A stretch of DNA of 64,000 nucleotides from Candidatus Methanomethylicaceae archaeon (GTDB taxonomy: Archaea; Thermoproteota; Methanomethylicia; Methanomethylicales; Methanomethylicaceae): contig JACTUC010000003.1 of assembly GCA_015660995.1 (NCBI GenBank), positions 30,525 to 94,524 on the forward strand, in the 5' to 3' direction. Shown in pieces: positions 39,248 to 48,862 of this stretch; within the stretch, counting starts at the first letter, position 1, and each line of letters begins with the position of its first letter. The translations under genes and the position numbers were made by a program. Below the pieces are notes generated by a model, which had not been told where the DNA came from, searched no databases, and saw only the letters and a list, made by a program, of their open reading frames with translations.

Positions 39248-39292
39248 TCGCTATAGCCTCGGGGAAAGGGAAGAAGAAGCGTTTGTCAGCGC

Positions 39293-40000
39293 TCATATTT
39301 TCGACAGGATGGCGGAATACTTTGCCATCCTCATCATCTTTCCCTCGGGTTGCACGAGCCATGTCATCCAACATAAATCGATTGGTCTGTAACCGCAGAT
39401 CTTCGCAAGATCTTCGACCCTCTCCACAAATGCAACATCCTCCTTCACTAAGTCAATTCCAGATTTGATCAGGATCTCATTTAGAACCCGTTTCACAATC
39501 TTGTCTGGCATGACCGTATCGACACCGCCCATCATCCTTAGATATTGGAAGGTGACAATGCCCACTCCGATAATCCTACCGACGGGGTCCAACCCCCACT
39601 CTCGAAGATTAGCATTCTTCGCCCAGGCCCTTAGGGCTTCCTTGTCGTTGCCCATATCCATCCTTAAAACAGAGGAGGCGGCACCCCTTGCCACTGCCCA
39701 TGATCTTCTGTTCTTCCATACTTCCCTCAACTTATCCAAGTCTGCATTCGACAGCTTGTCTAGAGAATCTACGCTTCCCGTGTCTACGTATCTTCTGCCA
39801 AACTCCTCTACCTTTGGGATAACCGCTGTGAAGTAATTGAGCCCAATGGACGTGAAGGCAGCGTCTATGATCATCAAAACTACGCTCCCTCCCCACCTCT
39901 CTGTCCTGAGACAACGATTGGTTATGACATCAATCCCCGGAACCCTATGCATGTATTCGTCCACCACTTTTTTCAGCGAGGAGATTTCTCGGTAAGTCAT
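39293..40000 (-). CDS. Hypothetical protein
   Basis: 235 aa, soluble, no recognisable motif. Confidence 0.3.
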   Translation of the reverse strand: MTYREISSLKKVVDEYMHRVPGIDVITNRCLRTERWGGSVVLMIIDAAFTSIGLNYFTAVIPKVEEFGRRYVDTGSVDSLDKLSNADLDKLREVWKNRRSWAVARGAASSVLRMDMGNDKEALRAWAKNANLREWGLDPVGRIIGVGIVTFQYLRMMGGVDTVMPDKIVKRVLNEILIKSGIDLVKEDVAFVERVEDLAKICGYRPIDLCWMTWLVQPEGKMMRMAKYSAILSKI

Positions 40001-40087
40001 GCCCTGTTCTTACCTTCAATTTCTTGGTGCATTCTTTTTTACATACAACTCGAAAAAAAGTTGATTTTTTGTCCTATTTTGGCAGCC

Positions 40088-40651
40088 TTATGCCTTCCAC
40101 CACATGAACATGTAGTAAAGTACCTTTTTCTGCCCCTCGTCAATAGTCGCAAGGATGAACTTCTTCCTGACGGTGTGCGAGAGCCTGCCTGCTCTTACCA
40201 TCTCGATGGGGTCAATGGCTGCTGAGCTCGGTAGGACATGGACTATGAAAGGCGCGTGGTCTATGCCTGGTCCGTACTGGTATACGGCGAAATCAGCTCC
40301 GAACTTCATTGCTGGCCTAACCACGTACCCCTTGCTTCGAAGGTCCTTGTAGACCGTGTAAAGCTCATCGAAGAGCTTGAAATGCTTCTTCGCCAAGCTT
40401 ACCAGCTTCTTCTGCTGGATCGGTCTACCGCCCGAAGAGACGCGTATCGTGCCCTTCTCCAGCAGGTAGTTGGCTTCTAAGAGCGAAAGCTCCAAGTAGG
40501 CGGTTGCCTCGGTCTCGTCCTTCGGCTTGCTAACGTTAAGGGGCTTTCCAAAGAAGCCCGCCTTGTAGAGATGGGCCCCATCGTCCTTGGACCAGACCAG
40601 CACCCTTGATCCTATCACCGAGGCTACTATCGCAGTGTCTTCAGGCATCAT
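40088..40651 (-). CDS. endA: tRNA-intron endonuclease (EndA), catalytic subunit
   Basis: KGYVVRPAMKFGADFAVY catalytic-domain motif. 187 aa. Confidence 0.75.
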   Translation of the reverse strand: MMPEDTAIVASVIGSRVLVWSKDDGAHLYKAGFFGKPLNVSKPKDETEATAYLELSLLEANYLLEKGTIRVSSGGRPIQQKKLVSLAKKHFKLFDELYTVYKDLRSKGYVVRPAMKFGADFAVYQYGPGIDHAPFIVHVLPSSAAIDPIEMVRAGRLSHTVRKKFILATIDEGQKKVLYYMFMWWKA

Positions 40652-40737
40652 AAAACCCCAAGCTATAAAAGGGGAATCTATTTCTAAAAACTAAAAGCCA
40701 GCCTGATTCATAAGCCTTATTCGAAAAGTGACACCAT

Positions 40738-41775
40738 TTGAGGAAGCCTATCATAAGCCTCACCAGCATTATGCTCATCATAGGCATGGTAATCCTTGTT
40801 GCTTACCTGTACTTCGTGGGCTTTTGGAATGTTGTAAACATCATAAGAAGCCTCGACCTCTGGTTGGCGCTCAGCACGATAGCCATTAACCTGATATGTG
40901 TTGGTCTTTACACATACGCGTGGAAGATCCTAATCAGGAAGGGCATGAAGTTTAGGGACTGCTTCGAGATCGTTCTCGTAAGCATTTTCGCGGACCTCAT
41001 GATACCCACTGGCTCAGTCTCCATGGAGGTCATGAGGATCTCCCTCACTCAGAAGAGGACGAAGATGTCGCTCGGTGAGATAACCGCAAGCATCCTGCTC
41101 CACAGGGTGTTGTTGGTGGTCTCTTTTGGCATAGTGCTAGCTTTCAGCCTTGCGGCATTGATAGTGACTGAGAAGATGCCCTTGGTCCAGCTTCTGATCT
41201 TTGCAGTCGTAGCTGCAGCCTGCCTCATTGGAGGTGCGATAGGGATGTATGCAGCATTCAACTCGAAGAGGTTCCGCGGGCTGATCGAAAGCTGGGCCAA
41301 GAGGATCGGCAGGGCAATAGTATTCTTCAGGCCGCATTACGACATTGGTAAGATCAGTGGGGAGATCCTGCAGGGAGCGGAGTCCTTTGATGAGTCCATC
41401 GCAGGGCTAAAGAGAAGCCGCATAGGGGCATCAGCCCTCATCTTGATACTGTGGTGGCTCCTGACAGCAACTATACCGTACCTCATGTTTGTGTCACTTC
41501 ACTACCAGATCTCGTACATAGTTGTACTCACAGTAGCCATTTTCGTAAGTATGGTTGGGCTGATCCCAATTGGGATTCCGGGCATGGTTGGCGTAATAGA
41601 AATTTCGATGACAGCCTTCTTCGTGAGCTTTGGGGTGCCAGCTACCATTGCAGCTTCGGTCACCATCCTAACGAGGCTCGTGCTCTTCTGGTTCGAGCTG
41701 GCCCTGAGCGGCGTGGCTGCCTCCCTACAGGGCATAAGGGGGATGCTCACCGGAAAGAGCAGATCGATTGACTGA
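40738..41775 (+). CDS. Polytopic membrane protein, flippase-like/UPF0104 (LPG synthase TM domain) family
   Basis: About 8 TM helices. Family-typical length (345 aa) and spacing. Confidence 0.5.
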   Translation: MRKPIISLTSIMLIIGMVILVAYLYFVGFWNVVNIIRSLDLWLALSTIAINLICVGLYTYAWKILIRKGMKFRDCFEIVLVSIFADLMIPTGSVSMEVMRISLTQKRTKMSLGEITASILLHRVLLVVSFGIVLAFSLAALIVTEKMPLVQLLIFAVVAAACLIGGAIGMYAAFNSKRFRGLIESWAKRIGRAIVFFRPHYDIGKISGEILQGAESFDESIAGLKRSRIGASALILILWWLLTATIPYLMFVSLHYQISYIVVLTVAIFVSMVGLIPIGIPGMVGVIEISMTAFFVSFGVPATIAASVTILTRLVLFWFELALSGVAASLQGIRGMLTGKSRSID

Positions 41776-41780
41776 GAGAA

Positions 41781-42461
41781 TCAGGCTACCCTTTGAAGCG
41801 CCAATACCCTCAGGTCGTCTGAAGCATCTTCGATATTATCAGCCATGTGCTCCAGCAGCCCTAACAGGTCGCGGAAGATTAGCAGCTTCTCTATCTGCTT
41901 AACCTCGGTCAGCGCCTTGAAGTCCAGATCGTGGTAGATCTCATCGACCTTCGCTTCGTACTCATGCACTTTTGGCACAAGCTGTATCGCGCGCCTCGGG
42001 TTCATAGGGAGCGCGAGGATGGCGTCGCGGAGCGCTTCGAAGGTGGAAAGCACCTCAAGGGACATCGTCTTAAAGCCCTCGGCGAACGAGGAATTCGGTA
42101 TCCATTTGTTCTTGGCCATTCTGACCATCAGGCGCGATATTGACTGCGAGGATTCTGCGATCTCATCTACCATAACGACGAGCCTGAGGAAGTCTTCTCT
42201 GTACAGTAGGCTCGGGGCAACCTTTGTGAGCTGCTCGATTAGCTCCCTCTTGATCCTGTCAGCTTCCTCCTCTAGCACTGCGATCTTCTGGTAGTCGCTC
42301 TCCAAGTCAGAGAGTTGGGATCCGAGGAAACTGTCAAATGCGTTGACTAAAACCCTTACGGAGTCCTGAACTTTTCTTACGTGGTCCGATATGAGGTCGA
42401 GGGACTTCCGATACACATTGTTCTCGATTTCAGTTGTTTCTTCTTCTGATGGCAAGGTCAA
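41781..42461 (-). CDS. DUF47/PhoU-like family protein (TIGR00153-type)
   Basis: All-helical 226 aa with the PhoU-like repeat pattern. Confidence 0.6.
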   Translation of the reverse strand: MTLPSEEETTEIENNVYRKSLDLISDHVRKVQDSVRVLVNAFDSFLGSQLSDLESDYQKIAVLEEEADRIKRELIEQLTKVAPSLLYREDFLRLVVMVDEIAESSQSISRLMVRMAKNKWIPNSSFAEGFKTMSLEVLSTFEALRDAILALPMNPRRAIQLVPKVHEYEAKVDEIYHDLDFKALTEVKQIEKLLIFRDLLGLLEHMADNIEDASDDLRVLALQRVA

Positions 42462-42662
42462 AACAATGCCTCCAAGGTTTGCGTAACAAAAAACGGAGGC
42501 GTTTAATAAAGGTTTAGCGAAAAAATCTTAAGGAAATTTCGGATTCTTGGTGAGGAAATGATCATACGTCAAGTGCCCTTTTATCCTAAGTGCTCATCCT
42601 GCGTATTGAACGGATGATCAAGGTTTTTAGATTGAGAGACCAGTATCAAGGTGGGGTTTTTT

Positions 42663-43577
42663 ATGGCAGAGAGCTATGATGTTGCGGTACTGGGCGCAGG
42701 CCCGGCCGGCCTTGCTGCAGCTATATACGCCTCCAGGGCAGGGGTCAGGACTGCAGTCTTTGAGGAGGCGGTGGTCGGCGGGAGGGCAACCTATGCTCAC
42801 ACCATAGACAACTACCCTGGCTTCCCTGAGGGGATCTCGGGCAACGAATTGACGTCAAGGCTTGTTAAGCAGGCGGAGAAGTTCGGAACGATCATGAGGA
42901 GCGGTGAGATGGTTATAGGCTTGGACCTCTCTGGGGAATTGAAAAAGATAACTACGCATTCGGGGGAGTGCCTCGCAAGGTCGATCGTGATTGCCACCGG
43001 GCTGAAGCAGAAGAGGCTCAACCTGCCCGGCGAGGAGAGGCTGGTCGGCAGGGGGGTCTCGTACTGCGCAACCTGCGATGGCTTCTTCTTCAGGAGTAAG
43101 AAGGTGGTTGTGGTCGGCGCTGGCGACGACGCTGCTAGCGACCTGATTTACCTTGCATCGCTGGCGGCAAAGCTGATTTGGCTGCCCAATGCCGCAGAGA
43201 TTACAGCTGAAGAGGGCTACCTGAGGGCGCTGAAAGAGAAGGGGATAGTGCCAATCTTGGGGCGCAGGGCTTCGGAAGTGGTCGGGGGCGAGAGGGTGCG
43301 CGGTCTGAAGGTGATTGACGAGACAGGCGCAGAAGACATCGTCGAATCGGACGGGATCTTCATCGCTGTCGGTACGGTGCCCACTGCAGAGATACTCAAG
43401 TCTGCGGGCATAAAGACCGACGAACGTGACTACGTAGTCGTTAACGACGAGATGAAAACAAACGTGGCTGGCGTGTATGCTGCGGGGGACTGCACCGGGA
43501 AGAGCCACCAGATCATAGTGGCAGTGGGCCAGGGATCCACAGCCGGCATCAATGCATCGGCATTCGTAAAAGGCTAG
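42663..43577 (+). CDS. trxB: Thioredoxin-disulfide reductase
   Basis: FAD motif YDVAVLGAGPAG. Redox-active CATCDG. NADPH motif VVVVGAGDDA. Confidence 0.85.
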   Translation: MAESYDVAVLGAGPAGLAAAIYASRAGVRTAVFEEAVVGGRATYAHTIDNYPGFPEGISGNELTSRLVKQAEKFGTIMRSGEMVIGLDLSGELKKITTHSGECLARSIVIATGLKQKRLNLPGEERLVGRGVSYCATCDGFFFRSKKVVVVGAGDDAASDLIYLASLAAKLIWLPNAAEITAEEGYLRALKEKGIVPILGRRASEVVGGERVRGLKVIDETGAEDIVESDGIFIAVGTVPTAEILKSAGIKTDERDYVVVNDEMKTNVAGVYAAGDCTGKSHQIIVAVGQGSTAGINASAFVKG

Positions 43578-43601
43578 CGCTTTCCGAAGGAAAAAGGGAG
43601 C

Positions 43602-43865
43602 CTAAGCTTTCCTTACCGTTGCGATTGAGTTGTCGGATAGCCCCTGGACCTTCATCTCGTCAGAATTTATCCAGGTCTCATTCTCCGGGACGTCTGACAA
43701 GGACACCGCGTTGAGCACGAGCTTCTTCTTGCCCGCTACCACTATCTCTATCTTTCCGCCTACTTGTAGGAACTTCGACGTTTTAGAATTGAGCTTGCCG
43801 ACGCCCTTGTCGATCTCGTCCCTTCTGCGCAGGCGAAGCCTCTTTTCTGGTGGTCTTTGCGACAT
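43602..43865 (-). CDS. Small basic hypothetical protein (possible nucleic-acid-binding beta-barrel)
   Basis: 87 aa with Arg/Lys-rich N-terminus. No family assignable. Confidence 0.3.
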   Translation of the reverse strand: MSQRPPEKRLRLRRRDEIDKGVGKLNSKTSKFLQVGGKIEIVVAGKKKLVLNAVSLSDVPENETWINSDEMKVQGLSDNSIATVRKA

Positions 43866-43906
43866 GGTATCACTGCCTATGTTATCATTACTCCCTTTTT
43901 AAAAAA

Positions 43907-45610
43907 TTACCGCTTATAATAGCCTTCAAGGTAGTCTCTTAGTCCATTCGAAGCGATGCGGAACTGCTGCCAGGTATCCCTGTCCCTTACGGTGACGGTT
44001 CCGTCCTTCAGGGTCTCGTAGTCAACGGTCACGGCAAGAGGGGAGCCTATCTCGTCTGACCTGGCGTACCTCCTCCCTATTGATCCACCATCGTCAAAGT
44101 CCGAGATGAAGCCTGCGGATCTGATGTCGTTGTGGATCTCCATAGATTTCTCCCAGATGCCGTCCTTGTTAACAAGCGGGAAGACCGACACGTGGACTGG
44201 TGCTATCGACCGTGGAAGGCTCAGGATTACCCTACCCTCCTTCTCGGTGTAAGCGGATTCCATGGCGAAGTAGGTGAGTCTGTCAGCGCCGAAGGATGGC
44301 TCGGCTACATGCGGGACGAAACGCTTCCCTGCAATGGACTGCTCCTCCTCAGCGAACCTGACGTACTCAGGCTTCACGTTCACGCCGTTCATCACTGCCG
44401 AACCGGACTTCAGTTTCTCCATCAGGCTTTTAGCATCGATGGACTTTATGGCGGCAAGAACCTTACCTGTGTCACTCTTGCACTCGCGGCTTATCACAGA
44501 AACGTCGGGGTGCGCGATAAGAATTCTCTCCTTAACCGGAAGATCGAACTTCTTGAAGACGCTGAGGTCCTGCCCACTATGCTGCTGGTGCCTCGAGACG
44601 TCATAGTCAGTCCTATATGCGTGCCCGGAGACCTCGACCCACCCCCACCTGTCCAACTGGACCATCTGGTCGAAGGTCTGGGCTGAGTAGTGGGCCCTCT
44701 CGGTCGCAAGCTTGGCCATGAACATCTGGGACTGGTGCGGCGCACCGAGCTCAGATATGAAGTCCGCGGAAAGCGCCATGAAGTATGCCATCCACTCGGA
44801 CAGTATCATCTTCTCCTTGACAGCCTCCTCCACCGTGACCTCGATAGGGTCCATACTCCCCTTCTTCACGAGATCCTCGGTCAGGAGCCTCAGTTTCCTC
44901 CCCGCAACTTGGTCCAAGAGATCGGACCGGGGTGACTCGGGATCGAAGAAGAACTCGATCTCCATTATGGTGAATTCCCTGAGCCTTATGGGACCCTGGC
45001 GCGGGGAGATCTCGTTCCGCATCACCTTGCCAATCTGGGCCAGGCCAACAGGAAGCCGCTCCCTCATTGAGGTGTAGATATTCTTGAAGTTAGTGAACAT
45101 ACCCTGGGCTGCTTCAGGCCGCAAGTAGGCGACGTTCTCTGAATAAGGGCCAATGGAGGTCTTGAAGAGCAAGTTGAAGGTCTCAACCTTCCCTAGCTTT
45201 CCGCCGCATTCTGTGCACTTGACCCCCCTTTTGGCAATTACATCATCCAGCTCCTCGGTCGTCATGCCCTCAATCCCTTGCACCTCGCCCATCTGCTCCA
45301 GGATTATGTGATCCGCCCTGAAGCGTTTCCTGCAGCCGGTGCACTCAACAATCACGTCCGTGAAGTGGTCAACGTGGCCCGATGCTTCGAAGATCCTTGA
45401 GGGTGTAATGACTGGAGTCTCTATCTCGTAGACCAAACCGTGATGCCTGCGAATGAAGACCTCCCTCCACCTGCGCTCTATGTTCCTCTTGAGGAGGGTT
45501 CCCATAGGTCCAAAGTCCAAAAAGCCAGCCACTCCACCGTATATCTCGCTCGACGGCCAGAAGAAACCGCGTCTCTTTGCAAGATCGATTACCTTATCGT
45601 ATTTGTCCAT
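43907..45610 (-). CDS. glyS: Glycyl-tRNA synthetase (archaeal/eukaryotic dimeric type)
   Basis: LAKRRGFFWPSSEIYGG N-terminal motif. Class II aaRS motifs. ATG at 45610 (track TTG at 45637). Confidence 0.9.
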   Translation of the reverse strand: MDKYDKVIDLAKRRGFFWPSSEIYGGVAGFLDFGPMGTLLKRNIERRWREVFIRRHHGLVYEIETPVITPSRIFEASGHVDHFTDVIVECTGCRKRFRADHIILEQMGEVQGIEGMTTEELDDVIAKRGVKCTECGGKLGKVETFNLLFKTSIGPYSENVAYLRPEAAQGMFTNFKNIYTSMRERLPVGLAQIGKVMRNEISPRQGPIRLREFTIMEIEFFFDPESPRSDLLDQVAGRKLRLLTEDLVKKGSMDPIEVTVEEAVKEKMILSEWMAYFMALSADFISELGAPHQSQMFMAKLATERAHYSAQTFDQMVQLDRWGWVEVSGHAYRTDYDVSRHQQHSGQDLSVFKKFDLPVKERILIAHPDVSVISRECKSDTGKVLAAIKSIDAKSLMEKLKSGSAVMNGVNVKPEYVRFAEEEQSIAGKRFVPHVAEPSFGADRLTYFAMESAYTEKEGRVILSLPRSIAPVHVSVFPLVNKDGIWEKSMEIHNDIRSAGFISDFDDGGSIGRRYARSDEIGSPLAVTVDYETLKDGTVTVRDRDTWQQFRIASNGLRDYLEGYYKR

Positions 45611-45669
45611 TCTGACACACCAATCAGATAAATTCAAGAGATTGAACGAGGCAGATATATCTTATTCTG

Positions 45670-46569
45670 GTGGTTGTGATGGTTAGAGAGTCGTTTTATA
45701 TCGACAGCCTTTCAAAAGGTTTTGGCGGTTTCCAGACAGATTTCTCGAAGGCAGATTTTGTCTTCTTCGGGGTTCCATTCGACAGCTCCTCGAGCTTCAG
45801 GCCTGGGTCGAGGTTCGGTCCCAGGGCATTGAGGGAAGTTTCCGCGAACCTCGAGACGTGGTCTTGGCGCACGGGGATGGACTTCGAGGGGATCAAGCTC
45901 CATGACCTTGGTGATGTCGCGGTAGTCCATGGCGACTCCGCAGAGACCATAAGGAGAGTTAGCGAGACCGTGGAGGACATCATAGGATCAAAGAAAATAC
46001 CAGTGATGGCGGGCGGCGAGCATTCCATGACGCTTGGCGCTGTGAAGGCGTTCAAGGACGTGACAGTTGTGTCGTTCGATGCCCACTTCGATTTGAGAGA
46101 TGATTACCTGTCGAACAAGCTTTCGCATGCTTCAGTCATGAGAAGGTCCTCAGAGGAGGTAGGGCCCGGTAATATCGTAATAGTCGGTCCAAGGGGGACG
46201 TACAGGGATGAGGTCGATTTCGTAAGGAAGAAGGGGATCTGCTACCTTTCGTCGCTGGACATAATCCGCTCTGGTTCCCAGCCAGCGGGGAAGTGGCTTC
46301 GCGAGAAGCTGAAGGGAGCCAAGAAGCTCTACGTGTCAGTCGACATAGATGTGCTCGATCCTGCCTACGCCCCGGGAGTCGGCAATCCAGAGCCAGAGGG
46401 GATCTCTACCACCGCGTTGCTCGACCTACTGCACGAGGTGGTTGATGGCCGCGTTGTGGGGTTCGACCTCGTTGAGGTATCTCCCCCCTATGACAATGGG
46501 AGCACAGCTGCGGTCGGGTCAAAAATAATATTCGAGATATGTTCGATGATCAAGTCCTCGGGTGGCTAG
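45670..46569 (+). CDS. Agmatinase/arginase-family ureohydrolase
   Basis: Mn-binding motifs GGEHS, DAHFD and SVDIDVLDPAYAPG. Confidence 0.8.
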   Translation: MVVMVRESFYIDSLSKGFGGFQTDFSKADFVFFGVPFDSSSSFRPGSRFGPRALREVSANLETWSWRTGMDFEGIKLHDLGDVAVVHGDSAETIRRVSETVEDIIGSKKIPVMAGGEHSMTLGAVKAFKDVTVVSFDAHFDLRDDYLSNKLSHASVMRRSSEEVGPGNIVIVGPRGTYRDEVDFVRKKGICYLSSLDIIRSGSQPAGKWLREKLKGAKKLYVSVDIDVLDPAYAPGVGNPEPEGISTTALLDLLHEVVDGRVVGFDLVEVSPPYDNGSTAAVGSKIIFEICSMIKSSGG

Positions 46570-46712
46570 TGGGATCGGATCTCATGGACTATCTGTGATC
46601 TTGCCTTGTACAGTATCCTGTGACCGCATGTTGGGCACCTTATGCCAGGCAGCCCGACGAGCTCGTTGCTCTCGATAACCTTCCCGCATTTTTCACATAT
46701 ATAGTGGGCCAA
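46566..46712 (-). CDS. rpoP: DNA-directed RNA polymerase subunit P (RpoP/Rpb12-like), 48 aa, TTG start. Not present in the ORF track (<60 aa).
   Basis: Translation gives MAHYICEKCGKVIESNELVGLPGIRCPTCGHRILYKARSQIVHEIRSH, with a CxxC...CxxC zinc ribbon. Convergently overlaps the speB stop by about 4 nt. Confidence 0.6.
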   Translation of the reverse strand: MAHYICEKCGKVIESNELVGLPGIRCPTCGHRILYKARSQIVHEIRSH

Positions 46713-46822
46713 GAATTTTCACTGTCCGAGAGTCCCATCGCGCGGTTGCACTAATATATTTTGCGCTTTGGCCTTCTGAACTAGCAGAAAGATAATCTAC
46801 AGCTTTGGAGAGATGTAGGGCT

Positions 46823-48088
46823 ATGGCACCAGAATCGAAGGTATCGGGTTTCTACAAGATGGGCATTGACGAGAGGCTGCTCATCATCAAGGAAAAGGCA
46901 GGGCTATCGGACTCTGACCTACGGACTCTGAAGTGCGGGCTCGAACTGGGCACGGCCAACAGGATGGTAGAGAATGTCATCGGCATGACCCAGCTTCCAG
47001 TTGGAATTGCGATGAACTTCAGGATCAACGGCAGAGACTACCTCATCCCAATGGCGATTGAGGAGCCGTCGGTTGTGGCAGCGGCCAGCCATGCAGCCAA
47101 GCTTTCCCTGCCTGAGGGATTCACCGCCACGAGCACAAGGCCAGTGATGAGGGGACAGATGCAGGTTGTTGGGGTTAGGGATCTGGAGGAGGGCAAGAGG
47201 AAGGTCGGCGAAAATAGAAAAGACCTCGTGGAGAAGGCCAACAGCTTCGCGGATATGCTCCCATCAATCGGCGGGGGCGTGCTGGACGTCACGGCAAGGA
47301 TCATTGGTCCCCCCAGGGAGGGGATGCTCGTAGTGGAGTTCTTCGTGGATTGCAGGGACGCAATGGGTGCCAATACCATAAACACCATAGTGGAGGGTAT
47401 GGCCCCGGAGGTGGAGCAACTGGTGGGCGCGAAGGCGCTGCTCAAGATCATCTCGAATTTGGCGACGGAGAGATTGGCCAAGGCAAAGGTAGTCTACCGG
47501 AAGGAGGCCATTGGCGGCGAGGAGGTGGTCAGCAGGATAGTCGATGCGTACAAGTTCGCCTATTACGACCACTATAGGGCGACAACCCACAATAAAGGAA
47601 TAATGAATGGGATTACAGCAGTCACACTGGCGCTCGGCAACGACACGAGGGCGATCGAGGCAGGCGCTCATTCATACGCGGCCTTATCCGGAAAATACAT
47701 GCCCCTATCAAGATGGTCCAAGGACGAGGGTGGGAACCTCGTTGGCGAGCTGGAGCTGCCCTTGGCGTACGGGATAGTGGGCGGTGCGACAAAGACCCAC
47801 CCAGTGGCGCAAGTCTGCCTCAAGATTATCGGGGTCAAAACTGCTTCCGAGCTCGCGGAAGTGGCTTGTTCGGTGGGGCTTGCCCAGAACTTCGCCGCGC
47901 TTAGGGCGCTTGTTACTGAGGGGATACAGAGAGGACACATGGAGCTCCACGCAAGGAACATTGCGATACTAGCAGGCGCAACTGGAGACCAGATAGACAA
48001 GATCGCAGAGATCCTCGCCAAAGAGAGAAATGTCAAGGTCACGAGGGCGAAAGAGCTCATTGAATTGCTCAATAAAAAGGAGAGGTAA
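46823..48088 (+). CDS. hmgA: Hydroxymethylglutaryl-CoA reductase, class II
   Basis: DAMGANTIN motif. ENVIG..LPVG region. 421 aa from the first ATG. Confidence 0.85.
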   Translation: MAPESKVSGFYKMGIDERLLIIKEKAGLSDSDLRTLKCGLELGTANRMVENVIGMTQLPVGIAMNFRINGRDYLIPMAIEEPSVVAAASHAAKLSLPEGFTATSTRPVMRGQMQVVGVRDLEEGKRKVGENRKDLVEKANSFADMLPSIGGGVLDVTARIIGPPREGMLVVEFFVDCRDAMGANTINTIVEGMAPEVEQLVGAKALLKIISNLATERLAKAKVVYRKEAIGGEEVVSRIVDAYKFAYYDHYRATTHNKGIMNGITAVTLALGNDTRAIEAGAHSYAALSGKYMPLSRWSKDEGGNLVGELELPLAYGIVGGATKTHPVAQVCLKIIGVKTASELAEVACSVGLAQNFAALRALVTEGIQRGHMELHARNIAILAGATGDQIDKIAEILAKERNVKVTRAKELIELLNKKER

Positions 48089-48438
48089 TGATAGAAATTC
48101 TAGAGGTTAGTTTAATGAAGAAAGTTGAAATCATCCTGTTTCAGGCAGGAATTTGCGACTCTTGCGACGTCACTTGGGCGATAATGCAGAGCTTGGCCGG
48201 CATAATAAATGGCTATGTTGGGGATGAGATTGTTAAGCTGAAGCATTACACCCTCGGCGACGAGGAGGGAAGGGAGGCAGCATTGGACATGGGAGTGGAG
48301 GTTGGGCCCACGTTCTTCATTAATGGCGAAAAACACGAAGGCAAGGAGACCGGCGAGGAGATCTTTGAAGCCATCTTAGCCAAGCTCGATATTGACAAGA
48401 GCAAGAAAGATGCGATAAGGAAGTCATTGCTGGATTGA
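48088..48438 (+). CDS. Thioredoxin/glutaredoxin-fold protein with CDSC redox motif, translationally coupled (TAATG) to HMG-CoA reductase
   Basis: CDSC CxxC motif. VGPTFFINGE glutaredoxin-like strand. 116 aa. Confidence 0.55.
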   Translation: MIEILEVSLMKKVEIILFQAGICDSCDVTWAIMQSLAGIINGYVGDEIVKLKHYTLGDEEGREAALDMGVEVGPTFFINGEKHEGKETGEEIFEAILAKLDIDKSKKDAIRKSLLD

Positions 48439-48631
48439 GAATGGCTTCAAAGCAAATTAAGGAATGTCGTGGTTCGAGTTAGGATCGCGTAGCCCATCAT
48501 TTTCATGATGAGGTTGAAAGTCCTGAAGTTGGTGCACTCCATTTCAGTATTGACTAATGCAAACTTGGGCTCCCCAGATCTCAAAGCCCGATGGTGGGGA
48601 TGATTGAAATATGTAGAAAAATTATTGTTTT

Positions 48632-48862
48632 TTACTTTGCTAGAGTTCTCTGACCAGTCTTTGGATCCACATTGAACCATGTTTTGACATAGCTATCATA
48701 GACGCGCGTCGTGACAGGAGTCGCGGCAGGCATTGGGTGAGCTTGTTTCGTATGAGCGTCAAGTTCTTCTTTAGTCTTGAAAGAAGCACTGCAAGCTGAA
48801 CATTTAAAATCTTTCTTACTTCCAAATGGCCATCGCATATATATCGCATTTATTGTTATCAC
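48632..48862 (-). CDS. Small C2H2 zinc-finger protein (putative), located in an AT-rich island
   Basis: FKCSACSASFKTKEELDAHTKQAH matches the C-x2-C-x12-H-x4-H classical zinc finger. 68-76 aa. Confidence 0.4.
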   Translation of the reverse strand: MITINAIYMRWPFGSKKDFKCSACSASFKTKEELDAHTKQAHPMPAATPVTTRVYDSYVKTWFNVDPKTGQRTLAK

